A DNA stretch of 24,049 nucleotides from an uncultured Myxococcales bacterium (GCA_964013405.1 CAXGWI010000042.1:1-24049), one strand, 5' to 3'. Shown: positions 9,076 to 17,542, numbered from the stretch's first letter. Made by a program: numbers and translations. Notes: generated from the letters alone by a model not told the origin.

Positions 9076-9093
9076 CAAAAAGGCGCCGCCGAC

Positions 9094-9169
<76 letters not shown>

Positions 9170-9177
9170 AGGAAAAC

Positions 9178-9217
9178 AAGGGCTTACGGTTAGCGCCGTG
9201 AGCCCTTCTTTGGTTTT
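9178..9217 (+). terminator. Rho-independent terminator-like hairpin after the tRNA
   Basis: AAGGGCTTACGG-ttagcg-CCGTGAGCCCTT (12-bp stem, one G-U pair) followed by CTTTGGTTTT. Confidence 0.75.
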
Positions 9218-9315
9218 GGCTCGCTTTCTTGAGGCAGTTCCGTGTGGGCTTGGCAGCATTTAGCGGGCCATCTAATGTCCCAGGGGTTGGGGAGTGGTAC
9301 TCGTTAGAAGCATCG

Positions 9316-9783
9316 ATGATTAATTGGTTTCAAATCTTTCTACGTGGGCTCGTTTCCATCCCTGCTTTTGCAATGGCTTTTGCCGTCATCTGCCTGTTTT
9401 CGATGTTCGCAGCGATGATAGGTTTTTTGCTCTTTAATTTATTAGGCTTGGGAAACCCCTTCTCATTTGCTGAGTCGTGGTCTTCTGCCTCTTCAGTTGT
9501 GCCACTATTTTTTATTTTCGGGCTTTTATGCAGCTGGCCTCTTTGGATTACTAAGAACTTTGTGGTCCAACTCCCCGACCTGTTTGACGGCGCGATGAAT
9601 AAAGACGCAGATGCCTTCAAAAAGCTACTCAGGACTCAGTCTGCTATAATAATCGATTCTAGCCCCTGGTGGTGGAATGAAATTTTGAATGGGTTGCGAG
9701 ACTGGGTCAAATGGGTTTTTCTCCTCGAGAACTCCCCTTCCGAAGACGACCTTTCCACCTCCGGTCCCGAGGAAAACGAGTAA
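9316..9783 (+). CDS. Hypothetical low-GC membrane protein
   Basis: ATG at 9316 (MINWFQ...); two to three hydrophobic helices; visibly AT-rich (25/60 GC in 9421-9480). Confidence 0.6.
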   Translation: MINWFQIFLRGLVSIPAFAMAFAVICLFSMFAAMIGFLLFNLLGLGNPFSFAESWSSASSVVPLFFIFGLLCSWPLWITKNFVVQLPDLFDGAMNKDADAFKKLLRTQSAIIIDSSPWWWNEILNGLRDWVKWVFLLENSPSEDDLSTSGPEENE

Positions 9784-9801
9784 CCGGCGAGGTGATCTCG
9801 C

Positions 9802-9885
9802 CATGACCATCGGACAGTCTTCGTCAGACGAAGCTTCGTCGGACTGTCGCAGTCACACAAACGGTCCCTGTCTCGCGCAATTGCG
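9802..9885. repeat. Dispersed intergenic repeat, copy A
   Basis: 71/85 identical to 12590-12674; shared core TCACACAAACGGTC. Confidence 0.88.
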
Positions 9886-10032
9886 CGCATTCTGCGCACC
9901 AGCGGGTAGGAACATCCATCCACCCTTGGCAAGCACCGTCGCCCCACCATGCACCAGGCAGCGCGCTGAGACCGCAGAGACAGTTTCAACGACCTCGAGA
10001 GATGTTCACCTTGAGTCCGGCGTGGTGTGCGC

Positions 10033-11223
10033 TCACTGACTCCCCTGGAGCGCTGCGATGACATCCTGCTTGACCTCGGGATAGGTGGGCGCCTCAGCGT
10101 AGGTCTTGATGGTCCTGCTCGGCGGCGGCGGCGGCGGTGGCGGCGGCTTGGCGTTTAACCCGCCCAACCCGGTCGCGACGGCGGGTGTGAAGTCGCTCCG
10201 AACCAAACGAAGACCGTTCTCCTTGTCAGGGTCCACCTCCAGCGTGAACCACCCATCCCCAGCGCCCTTGATGGTCAGGGAGAACGTGTACAGCGCGTCG
10301 GTTTTCCGCCTGTTTAGCCATTCGTAGGTGGTGACGTCGTGGCTGCCGGCTTGAAACTGGTCCACGACGAATCTCGGGCGCGGTGGTTTCCGCCGGTTTG
10401 GGTTTCGGGACGGTGCGTACCGAGCGCCTGCCTCTCTGCGACGGTACTTGAGATAGCTCGCGCGAAATGCCTCAGCTTGCGCGTAGAGACCCTGCTGATT
10501 GTGAATCTGGATCAGCTGCTCGAGGACGTGGGTGTTGTGTGGCTTCACCTCGATGACGGCCTTGTAATGCTCGGCCGCCTTCTTGAGGTCGGCGACGCCT
10601 TGGTAATAGTGCGCCAATCTCAAATGCGCACGCCAATGCCGGGGGGCCTTCGCAACAAGCTCTCCCCATACGTCGCGCGCCCTCATCACCGCGCCGGCGC
10701 GCCAGTAGCGTTCGCCGAGGAGAAACGGTGCTCTGGCCTTCCTGGGATTGAGTGACGTGGCCGTCTCCATCGCGGATTCGGCGATGTGAGCGTAATTGCG
10801 CGAGAGCTCGACCCAGTAAATCACCTCTTTAGGGGCTAACTTAACGGCCTTTTCCAAGTCCTTAACGGCCGCTTTATATTGGGCAGAATTGGCCAGGACC
10901 ATCGCCCGAGAGAAGTAGGAATGAGGGTCCTTAGGCTTCAGCTTGATGGCCCTGCTGAAGTGCTTGAGCCCTGTTTTCTGCTCCCCGAGGTGGACGGTCG
11001 CGCGCCCCAAGAGATAGTGAGCCTTGTAATCCCGCTTGTTCTTGCGGATGAGGCGCCGGGCAGCGTCAGCCGCGCTTTGATAATCTTGCGCACTCAGCAT
11101 CTTGAGCACACGCCTGTGACTCCCCTGCCACCCAATGCCCAGTTGCTGGTGCCGGGGTGCAGCTAAGACATGAGGCGAAAGCAGCAGGCTGACGAGCGCC
11201 AATACAGTGAATCTGAGCTTCAT
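10033..11223 (-). CDS. Secreted tetratricopeptide-repeat protein
   Basis: Signal peptide (VLA-A), repeated TPR helices (AHYLLGRA, SYFSRAMV, AHLRLAHY), beta-rich C-terminal domain with a Pro9 run, GAGGAGG RBS. Confidence 0.88.
   Translation of the reverse strand: MKLRFTVLALVSLLLSPHVLAAPRHQQLGIGWQGSHRRVLKMLSAQDYQSAADAARRLIRKNKRDYKAHYLLGRATVHLGEQKTGLKHFSRAIKLKPKDPHSYFSRAMVLANSAQYKAAVKDLEKAVKLAPKEVIYWVELSRNYAHIAESAMETATSLNPRKARAPFLLGERYWRAGAVMRARDVWGELVAKAPRHWRAHLRLAHYYQGVADLKKAAEHYKAVIEVKPHNTHVLEQLIQIHNQQGLYAQAEAFRASYLKYRRREAGARYAPSRNPNRRKPPRPRFVVDQFQAGSHDVTTYEWLNRRKTDALYTFSLTIKGAGDGWFTLEVDPDKENGLRLVRSDFTPAVATGLGGLNAKPPPPPPPPPSRTIKTYAEAPTYPEVKQDVIAALQGSQ
10120..10146 (-). repeat. (CCG)n triplet run encoding Pro9
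   Basis: Eight CCG codons and one CCA codon within the TPR gene. Confidence 0.85.
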
Positions 11224-11398
11224 GGGTCCTCCTCAACTGTCTGTTCGACTCCCATGCACATGATTAGTTCCGAGCACACTCAACCCGCCACCACAAAATA
11301 CACTGAGCCAAGTAGGGGCGATCGCTTCGTACGGCAAAGACGAGCCGTTTGCGCCACCCTACTGCATCCCGTACTGTCGGGCTGAGACCGAGGAGCCA

Positions 11399-12577
11399 AT
11401 GATGTCCGCTGAGCTTTACATCCTGCTGCTGGCAACTGCCGGAACGGTGAGCGTCCCCTCCACTGCAGGTGACGAGCAGGCCAAGGACACTGCCTCCTCC
11501 GCGGCCGAGGCAAGAGGGCACAAAGAAGCTCAGGCTCCAAGCGTCCTGGCTCCTGTCGAGAGCAGCCAGAAGGGCTCCAGAGCCCCCAAAAAGAGCACGA
11601 CGACACCAAACCGCTGGGACGCAACCCGGAACGGCGCTCGGAAAGGCTTCCTCTGGGGCGGTAGCATGACCAGCCTCGGCTATGGCAGCGTCCTCGGCTA
11701 CGCTTTCTTGGCTTCCCTTACAGACGGCACGGAAGGAATCGAAGACTGGGTCGACGACAATATTGCTGGGGTTTGGCGCGACCTTTTCGCGGTAACCGCA
11801 GTTGGCTTGACAACACTGTCCACGGGACTCGGCGCCCTGATCGGCTACAGCCGCGCTGAAGCTGCTCCGCCAGCGAAGGGTGATTTATTGATCTCTCGTC
11901 GCAGTTTGGCGCAGATACCGCTGCTGATCGGCGTTTGGAGCCATGCGCTTGTTCGTGAGCGGGGTACTCGGTGGGCAGAGACCGACAAGAAGATGAGCGT
12001 CGATTCTAAGCGACGCAGTATGCTTAGCTTTGATTCTGAGCGCGGTGTTCGAGCAAATACCGCTCTTTTCACGTACAGCACACTCTCTGCTTTCCTGTAC
12101 CACTACGCGCGCCCCATCGGCCCGAACGGTATGCAACTCGACCTTTCAGCCTCCATCGCCACCGGTCAGGTCGAGGTGGTCAACGGAGCGGGTGATGTGT
12201 TTCGCCGGATTCGTCTTGGCGCCCAGTCAGAAGGACCTCTGACAGTGACTTGGGATGGTCGCGATAAAGAGGGACAGGCCTTAGCCCCTGGAACTTATCG
12301 GATCCGGGCCGAAGGCTTGGATGATCAAGGCCGTACCGTCGCAATCAGCGCCCAGATGCTTGCTCGGCGCCAGAGTTCGTGGGGGCAGGCTGGTCTGCTC
12401 GCAGCGGGGAGCCTGGTTGCTGGCCTTTCCGTGCCCATCGTCACCCGAGTTGTTCACGGAGCCGATGAAAGATGGTCGGCTTCCCATGACGGGAAACTTT
12501 GGAGGCGCGCATGCCTGGCAGCAGTGGCCGGTCTACTCGCAACGGAATGGGGACTGTCGAAGTTTGCGAGTCCCTAA
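11399..12577 (+). CDS. Multi-helix membrane protein (paralogue A) with an inserted FlgD Ig-like domain
   Basis: GAGGAG RBS; signal-like N-terminus; Gly-rich TM segments; V.NGAG..FRRI.LG.Q..G...TWDGRD..G..LAPGTY matches FlgD_ig; homologous to 16200-17171. Confidence 0.8.
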   Translation: MMSAELYILLLATAGTVSVPSTAGDEQAKDTASSAAEARGHKEAQAPSVLAPVESSQKGSRAPKKSTTTPNRWDATRNGARKGFLWGGSMTSLGYGSVLGYAFLASLTDGTEGIEDWVDDNIAGVWRDLFAVTAVGLTTLSTGLGALIGYSRAEAAPPAKGDLLISRRSLAQIPLLIGVWSHALVRERGTRWAETDKKMSVDSKRRSMLSFDSERGVRANTALFTYSTLSAFLYHYARPIGPNGMQLDLSASIATGQVEVVNGAGDVFRRIRLGAQSEGPLTVTWDGRDKEGQALAPGTYRIRAEGLDDQGRTVAISAQMLARRQSSWGQAGLLAAGSLVAGLSVPIVTRVVHGADERWSASHDGKLWRRACLAAVAGLLATEWGLSKFASP

Positions 12578-12589
12578 CACGACCTGACA

Positions 12590-12674
12590 CATGACCACCT
12601 GACAGGTCTTCTTAAGCCGTAGCTTCTTCGGACGGTCACAATCACACAAACGGTCGCTGCCTCGCGCTATTGCG
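12590..12674. repeat. Dispersed intergenic repeat, copy B
   Basis: 71/85 identical to 9802-9885, same orientation. Confidence 0.88.
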
Positions 12675-12814
12675 TCTCCACACTCGGCGGCGCTATCCTC
12701 ACGCCGAGAACGTCACCCGGAGGCTCCCATCGTCACCAAAATCGGGACACTGGGTGGCACAGGAGTCGAGAGGGTACGTCTCGCCATGACAAGCCCGTTG
12801 CAGAGGAACAGCCC

Positions 12815-13732
12815 GTGAAACGAACCCCCATTTCCTGGCTTCCGATCCTGCTGATCCTCGCCATCGGCTGTGCCCCGCCGACCCCGAACGGCCCCGAACT
12901 CGCCGGTGATGGCGGCGCGGCAACGGATGCCGGCTTTCAACTGGGCGACCCGCTGATCCGGGGTGATGAGCCGACGACCGCCTCGGCCACCGAACCGGGT
13001 CCCTACGATGTGCAAACCTACGAGCAGGATGATGGATTACGGGACGGCCCAGACTACGCCCAGGCGACGATCTACTACCCTACGGATGCTCGCCCCCCCT
13101 TCGCCAGCGTCATCGTCATCCCGGGCTATGTCAGCGCCGAGAGCACCATCCAAGATTGGGGGCCTTTTTACGCGTCCCACGGCATCGTCACCATGACCCT
13201 GGGGACCAACTCCCCGCGCGACTCCGTCGATCAACGCCGAGACGCCCTGCTCGACGCCATCATCACCCTGCGGGCCGAAAACGATCGAGAAGGCTCGCCC
13301 CTCGAAGGCCAACTGGATGTGGAGCGCATCGCCTTGAGCGGCTGGTCCATGGGGGGCGGTGGCGCGCAGCTCGCTGCCGTGGTGGAGCCCAGCCTCAAAG
13401 CAGTGATTGGGCTTTGTCCTTGGCTTCAAGGCGATGGGCTCGATCACCCCGTCCCGGTGTTGATCTTTGGGGGGTCGTCGGATTTTATTGCCGCACCGAG
13501 AAACCACGGACGCCGGCATTACGACAGCACTCCAGAAGACACGGATAAACTCTTCTTCGAGGTTCAGGGTGGCGGTCATCGGGTGGCGAACAGCCCCGGC
13601 GGTGGCAATGGCGACGTGGGCCGGTTCGCCCTCTCCTGGCTGAAAGTCTTTCTCGAGGAAGATCCACGCTATCGCCCCTTCCTGCTGGTAGAGCCGGAGT
13701 CAGCCAGCAGCTTTGAGACGAACCTCGACTGA
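12815..13732 (+). CDS. Lipoprotein alpha/beta hydrolase of the bacterial cutinase/PETase-like (dienelactone hydrolase) family
   Basis: Lipobox LAIG-C19; RG.EPT, TIYYP, PGY, WGP..ASHG, GWSMGGGG; predicted triad S178-D223-H255; W..VFL..D.RY..FL. Confidence 0.92.
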   Translation: MKRTPISWLPILLILAIGCAPPTPNGPELAGDGGAATDAGFQLGDPLIRGDEPTTASATEPGPYDVQTYEQDDGLRDGPDYAQATIYYPTDARPPFASVIVIPGYVSAESTIQDWGPFYASHGIVTMTLGTNSPRDSVDQRRDALLDAIITLRAENDREGSPLEGQLDVERIALSGWSMGGGGAQLAAVVEPSLKAVIGLCPWLQGDGLDHPVPVLIFGGSSDFIAAPRNHGRRHYDSTPEDTDKLFFEVQGGGHRVANSPGGGNGDVGRFALSWLKVFLEEDPRYRPFLLVEPESASSFETNLD

Positions 13733-13873
13733 CGGGATTTTGCGTCATCGTTTGGTTTGGCCCTCACGACGCCGGTTCCGCCTCTTCCTCGACGAAGACC
13801 AAGGACAACTCAAGAAGGCGCCGGACCAAACCACCTCGATTGAAATCACTTTGTAGGTCAGGCTAGATTCTAT

Positions 13874-14725
13874 GTGGCGTTTAGGAGCTCGACTTTGCGC
13901 ATCGGCATTCTTGGCTTCACTTGTTTGCTCGGGTCATGGGCCCATTCGGCTCCAGCAGAAGGCCCGGTGAAGAACGTGATCAACGAGCTCAATTGGCGGG
14001 TCCAAAACGACACGGTGATGGGGGGGGTGTCGCAGGCGAGTCTCGCTTGGAACGGTGCTCAAGAGTTGGTGTGGACGGGAAACCTGAGCCTGGAGAACAA
14101 CGGCGGCTTCGTGTCGATCTTCGCCCGGGATGGCTGGTTCAACTGGGCAGCCTATGATGGGCTCGAGGTCGTCTTGGCCGGCGCAGGGCGAGGGATTCAA
14201 GTGACTGCTCAGCGGCGGGACGCAAGAGTGCGAGCCGGTGGTTACCGGGCCCTCGTTCCAAGCGAAGCCACGGGAGATACTCGGGTCATCATTCCCTTTT
14301 CGGCCTTTGAGTTGAAGCGCTTCGGTCGATCCATTCGGGGGCCTGACCTTAAAAGCGGGCTTGCTCAGATCGGTCGCCTGGGCCTCCTCATCGCCGACAA
14401 GCGCCCCGGTCCCTTTCGGGTGGTTCTCAAATCACTCCGGCCCGTTCGAATGGCTGCCGCCACTAAGCTTGCCCCGGAGGTGGCCCAGCGTCTCGTTGGC
14501 GCCATCGAAGTGGGCGTCCCAGCCTTTAACAGTGGCGATGTAAGGGCCTGCGCCACCATTTACCGGACGACGATCAGCGACCTCCTCCAACAAGGCAGCC
14601 TCGGAACTGGGAGCTGGGCAAGTCGCCTTGCGAAAGGAGCACTCGCCCAAGCAGCGAAACAGTCACGGCGTGATGCAGCATGGACCCTGCGCCGGGCCAT
14701 GGACCAAATCCTGGGAAGTCTGTGA
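13874..14725 (+). CDS. CIA30-family protein with signal peptide and extra C-terminal helical domain
   Basis: W...NDTVMGGVS, G.LSLENNGGFVS, IPFSAF, L.IADK..GPF; C-terminal AIEVGVPAFNSGD..ACA.IY ... AWTLRRAMD. Confidence 0.88.
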   Translation: MAFRSSTLRIGILGFTCLLGSWAHSAPAEGPVKNVINELNWRVQNDTVMGGVSQASLAWNGAQELVWTGNLSLENNGGFVSIFARDGWFNWAAYDGLEVVLAGAGRGIQVTAQRRDARVRAGGYRALVPSEATGDTRVIIPFSAFELKRFGRSIRGPDLKSGLAQIGRLGLLIADKRPGPFRVVLKSLRPVRMAAATKLAPEVAQRLVGAIEVGVPAFNSGDVRACATIYRTTISDLLQQGSLGTGSWASRLAKGALAQAAKQSRRDAAWTLRRAMDQILGSL

Positions 14726-14818
14726 GCCCCCACCGGCGAAGAAGCCGCAATGCAATGGCTTGCGGGCCTCGCCGCCCTTGGGGCAGAGTCGCCTCAATCG
14801 TCTTTGAGGGCATCCCCT

Positions 14819-15283
14819 GTGCGTGACTTCATCCTTGTGTTCAGCCTGTGCTTTGCCATCGCTTGTGAGGATGCTCCGGTCACCGGTGGCGATGCCTCCC
14901 AGTGTGGGGATGGGGTCGTCGACCCGGGCGAGGGCTGTGACGATGGCAATACCCTGGCTGGCGATGGCTGCGACAGCCAGTGCGTCCCCGGAGCCGATGG
15001 CGATGGGGATGGGGTCGCCGATGAGATCGACAACTGCGCCGAGCTGGCGAACCCCGCTCAGGCTGACCAAGACGGCGATGGCTTAGGGGACGACTGCGAT
15101 GAGCAACCCGAGCAGCGTAACTTCCGCTTGCGGCGGAGTGGCCCGCTGGTCCTCGTCCACGGCGGCAACAATGCAGCTCACCAACTCCAAGGCCAAGTTG
15201 CGGGCCATGGTCAGATGTCCGCAGCGAGTGATCAGTTTCAATTGAAAGGAGGCTTCCATGTGGTGCTTCCCCCCACTCCATAA
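14819..15283 (+). CDS. Lipoprotein with myxobacterial Cys-rich repeat (DUF4215-like) and thrombospondin type 3 repeats
   Basis: GTG start after GAGGG, lipobox [21 protein letters not shown]...[22 protein letters not shown]...[16 protein letters not shown]. Confidence 0.85.
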   Translation: MRDFILVFSLCFAIACEDAPVTGGDASQCGDGVVDPGEGCDDGNTLAGDGCDSQCVPGADGDGDGVADEIDNCAELANPAQADQDGDGLGDDCDEQPEQRNFRLRRSGPLVLVHGGNNAAHQLQGQVAGHGQMSAASDQFQLKGGFHVVLPPTP

Positions 15284-16190
15284 GGGCTCCATTGCCCTCT
15301 TGCTGCTCAGCTTCGTGGGCCAGACCGCGCTGGCTGCAGACGCACCGCCCTTTATGCAGTACCAAGGGCAGTTGAGTAATGCGGCTGGCGAGCCGGAAAA
15401 CGGCTTCTTCAGCTTTGAGTTCGCGTTGTACCCCGCGGCGGAGGGTGGCGAAGCCGTCTGGTCCGAGGGCCGAGAGGGTGTGGAGGTGAAAAACGGTCAC
15501 TTCACCCTGCGCTTGGGCGACCGCAGTCCCATCGACGGCGCCGTCTTTCGCCAGGGCCAGCTCTACTTGCAGGTGAGCGTCGAAAGCAGCGTGCTGTTGC
15601 CCCGAGAGCCCATTTCGACGGTGGCCCATGCCTTTCATGCCGATGTCGCCAGTAACGTGACGGGGGCGATCAGCCCGGCGACGGTCAGCGTCGGGGGTCA
15701 AGTGGTGATCAACGAGCAGGGGGAATGGGTCGGTTCCTCAGTGGGTCTCCAAGGCCCAGCCGGTCCCCAGGGGGCCCCAGGGCCCCAAGGTGCGACGGGG
15801 GATCCCGGTGGGACAGGGCCCCAAGGCGAAGCCGGCGCTCAAGGTCCGGCGGGCCCAGCCGGCCCGGTCGGTCCACAAGGTGCGACCGGCGCCCAGGGGC
15901 CGACCGGCGCCCAAGGAGCCACGGGTCCCCAGGGTGCCACCGGTCGGCAGGGTCCTCAGGGCGCCACCGGCCCACAGGGTCCCCAGGGCGCCACCGGTCC
16001 CGCGGGAGCCGCTGGCGGAACGGCCCGAGGCACCCTCGCCGGCGCTTGCTATTACAATGCGAATCAGCAGAACTGCGGCCGCTCTTATTGGCCGGCCTCC
16101 TGTAGTCAGAACCGAGGCTGTTTCTGCCTAGATCCAGACTACACGATCATCAGCGTCGGCGGTCCCGAGTCCTTCTGCATGCGGCGCTAA
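15258..16190 (+). CDS. Secreted collagen-like fibre protein (YQG-type N-terminal domain, 31 G-X-Y triplets, Cys-rich tip)
   Basis: Signal peptide (ALA-A); QYQGQL...F.LY....GG..VWSE....V..G.F...LG...LLPR..I..V.HA.HA; uninterrupted GXY run; 6-Cys C-terminus. Confidence 0.88.
   Translation: MWCFPPLHKGSIALLLLSFVGQTALAADAPPFMQYQGQLSNAAGEPENGFFSFEFALYPAAEGGEAVWSEGREGVEVKNGHFTLRLGDRSPIDGAVFRQGQLYLQVSVESSVLLPREPISTVAHAFHADVASNVTGAISPATVSVGGQVVINEQGEWVGSSVGLQGPAGPQGAPGPQGATGDPGGTGPQGEAGAQGPAGPAGPVGPQGATGAQGPTGAQGATGPQGATGRQGPQGATGPQGPQGATGPAGAAGGTARGTLAGACYYNANQQNCGRSYWPASCSQNRGCFCLDPDYTIISVGGPESFCMRR
15744..16022 (+). repeat. Collagen G-X-Y coding repeat
   Basis: 31 consecutive G-X-Y triplets, mainly [12 protein letters not shown]. 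Confidence 0.95.
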
Positions 16191-16199
16191 GGGGGCCTG

Positions 16200-17171
16200 C
16201 TACGGACCCTCAAACTTCGATAGGCCCCAATCCGTTACGAGCAGGCCGGCCATCGCTGCCAGACATGCTCTCGTCCAGATCACTCCGTGGTCTCTATGGC
16301 TAATCTTTCCCTCCGCTCCATGGGCAAACCGGTTGGCGATGGGCACGGAAAACCCAGCGACCATGCTCCCCACTGCGAGCAGCCCAGCCTGCCCCCAGGA
16401 ACTCTGGCGATTGCCATCCGAGCCGATGGGTCGAGCGTAATGAAAAAGCAAAGCGGACAGTGTGCTGTACATGACAAGAGCCCTGTTCGTCCGACCAGCA
16501 TTCGCCGAAGTAAAGCTGAGACGGCGAGGCGCCCAAAAGCTTTCAAAGGGATTCTCCGAGGAGGCTTCAGCCGAGCTCTCATCCCGATCTGCCATCCAGC
16601 CATAACGCCTCTGATTAACAGTTGCCTGGTATGCAAACGCGTGGGTCCACAGGCCGACCAGCACCGGGATTTGCCAAAAGCTATAACGAGAGACGGGACC
16701 TGTTTCCCCTTGGCCCATCTGCGCCCGATGACGACGAGCAGCTGCTTCCGTATGCCGATAACCGATCAGGGCGCCGACGCCCGTTGCCAGGGCCGTAAAA
16801 CCGACCGCCGCGACCGCCCCAAAGGCCACGATGGATCCTGCGAGTCCATAGGGGTCCGGTGAGTTCGCTGCACTGACGATCAGTCCACCCAAACCCACCA
16901 GGGCAATTCCTCCGCCCCACCCCAAGCCTCGCCTGGCGCCTTTCAGGGTTGGGTCCCAACGATTAGGAGCCTTGTCCCTACGCTTTGGGGCTCTTGAAGC
17001 CTTCTGCCTCCTCTCGGCAGAACCCAGCACGGTCGGCGCATGGGCTCCTTGAAGGTCCCGTGCCTCAGCCTCCGAGGGGGCCGCGCGCACGGCCGGCTCG
17101 CTGTCTCCCGTTGCAGGCTCGCTGACCGCCCCCGAACTTGCCAGCAGCAAGATGAACAGCCCAGCAGACAT
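16200..17171 (-). CDS. Multi-helix membrane protein (paralogue B, no FlgD insert)
   Basis: Shares MSA.L.ILLLA, PNRWD.T..GAR.G..WGG, TG.GALIGY, QIP.L.G.W.HA, HYARPIG, RQSSWGQAGLLA and WGLSKF with 11399-12577. Confidence 0.8.
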   Translation of the reverse strand: MSAGLFILLLASSGAVSEPATGDSEPAVRAAPSEAEARDLQGAHAPTVLGSAERRQKASRAPKRRDKAPNRWDPTLKGARRGLGWGGGIALVGLGGLIVSAANSPDPYGLAGSIVAFGAVAAVGFTALATGVGALIGYRHTEAAARRHRAQMGQGETGPVSRYSFWQIPVLVGLWTHAFAYQATVNQRRYGWMADRDESSAEASSENPFESFWAPRRLSFTSANAGRTNRALVMYSTLSALLFHYARPIGSDGNRQSSWGQAGLLAVGSMVAGFSVPIANRFAHGAEGKISHRDHGVIWTRACLAAMAGLLVTDWGLSKFEGP

Positions 17172-17542
17172 ACATAGCCCCTTTCTCGCGCCCCGGAGTT
17201 CAGAAGAATCGCTGCCCAGGAGTCACGCTAAGACCTAGCCCCTCCTCCCCCTCAGGTCCAGTCCCTCGGCAGTTCCCATCGCCTGCCAACCATCTCCGCC
17301 GATAGCTTAGCAAGCCGCCGCCCAAAAATTCGGCAGGGCTTCATCATCGTGTGTCCCCTTATCACTGAAGGTCGCTTTCACTCAGGGCAGTTCATGATCA
17401 CCAAACGGGTACAGGCGATGACCGCCTTGTGAAGAGATTCAATTGTCACCATTTGATCAGGAAGCGAGGATCGGGACTTGTGTTCATCGGGCGGCTAGGT
17501 CACAGCATCTTCGGCAATCGATTGCTACGATTGGAAGAATAA

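Noticed and set aside
10120..10146. CCG run as a phase-variation switch
   Set aside because: Triplet slippage would keep the frame, so it is simply a poly-Pro linker.
12131..12367. A flagellar flgD gene
   Set aside because: Only the Ig-like domain is present, embedded in an unrelated protein, with no flagellar genes nearby.
9781..12700. Dispersed repeats as integron attC sites
   Set aside because: TAAC overlaps both upstream stop codons, but I found no matching GTTRRRY end with attC-like pairing and no integron integrase.
15744..16022. Repetitive DNA as a CRISPR array
   Set aside because: It is a 9-nt-period collagen coding repeat with no unique spacers and no cas genes.
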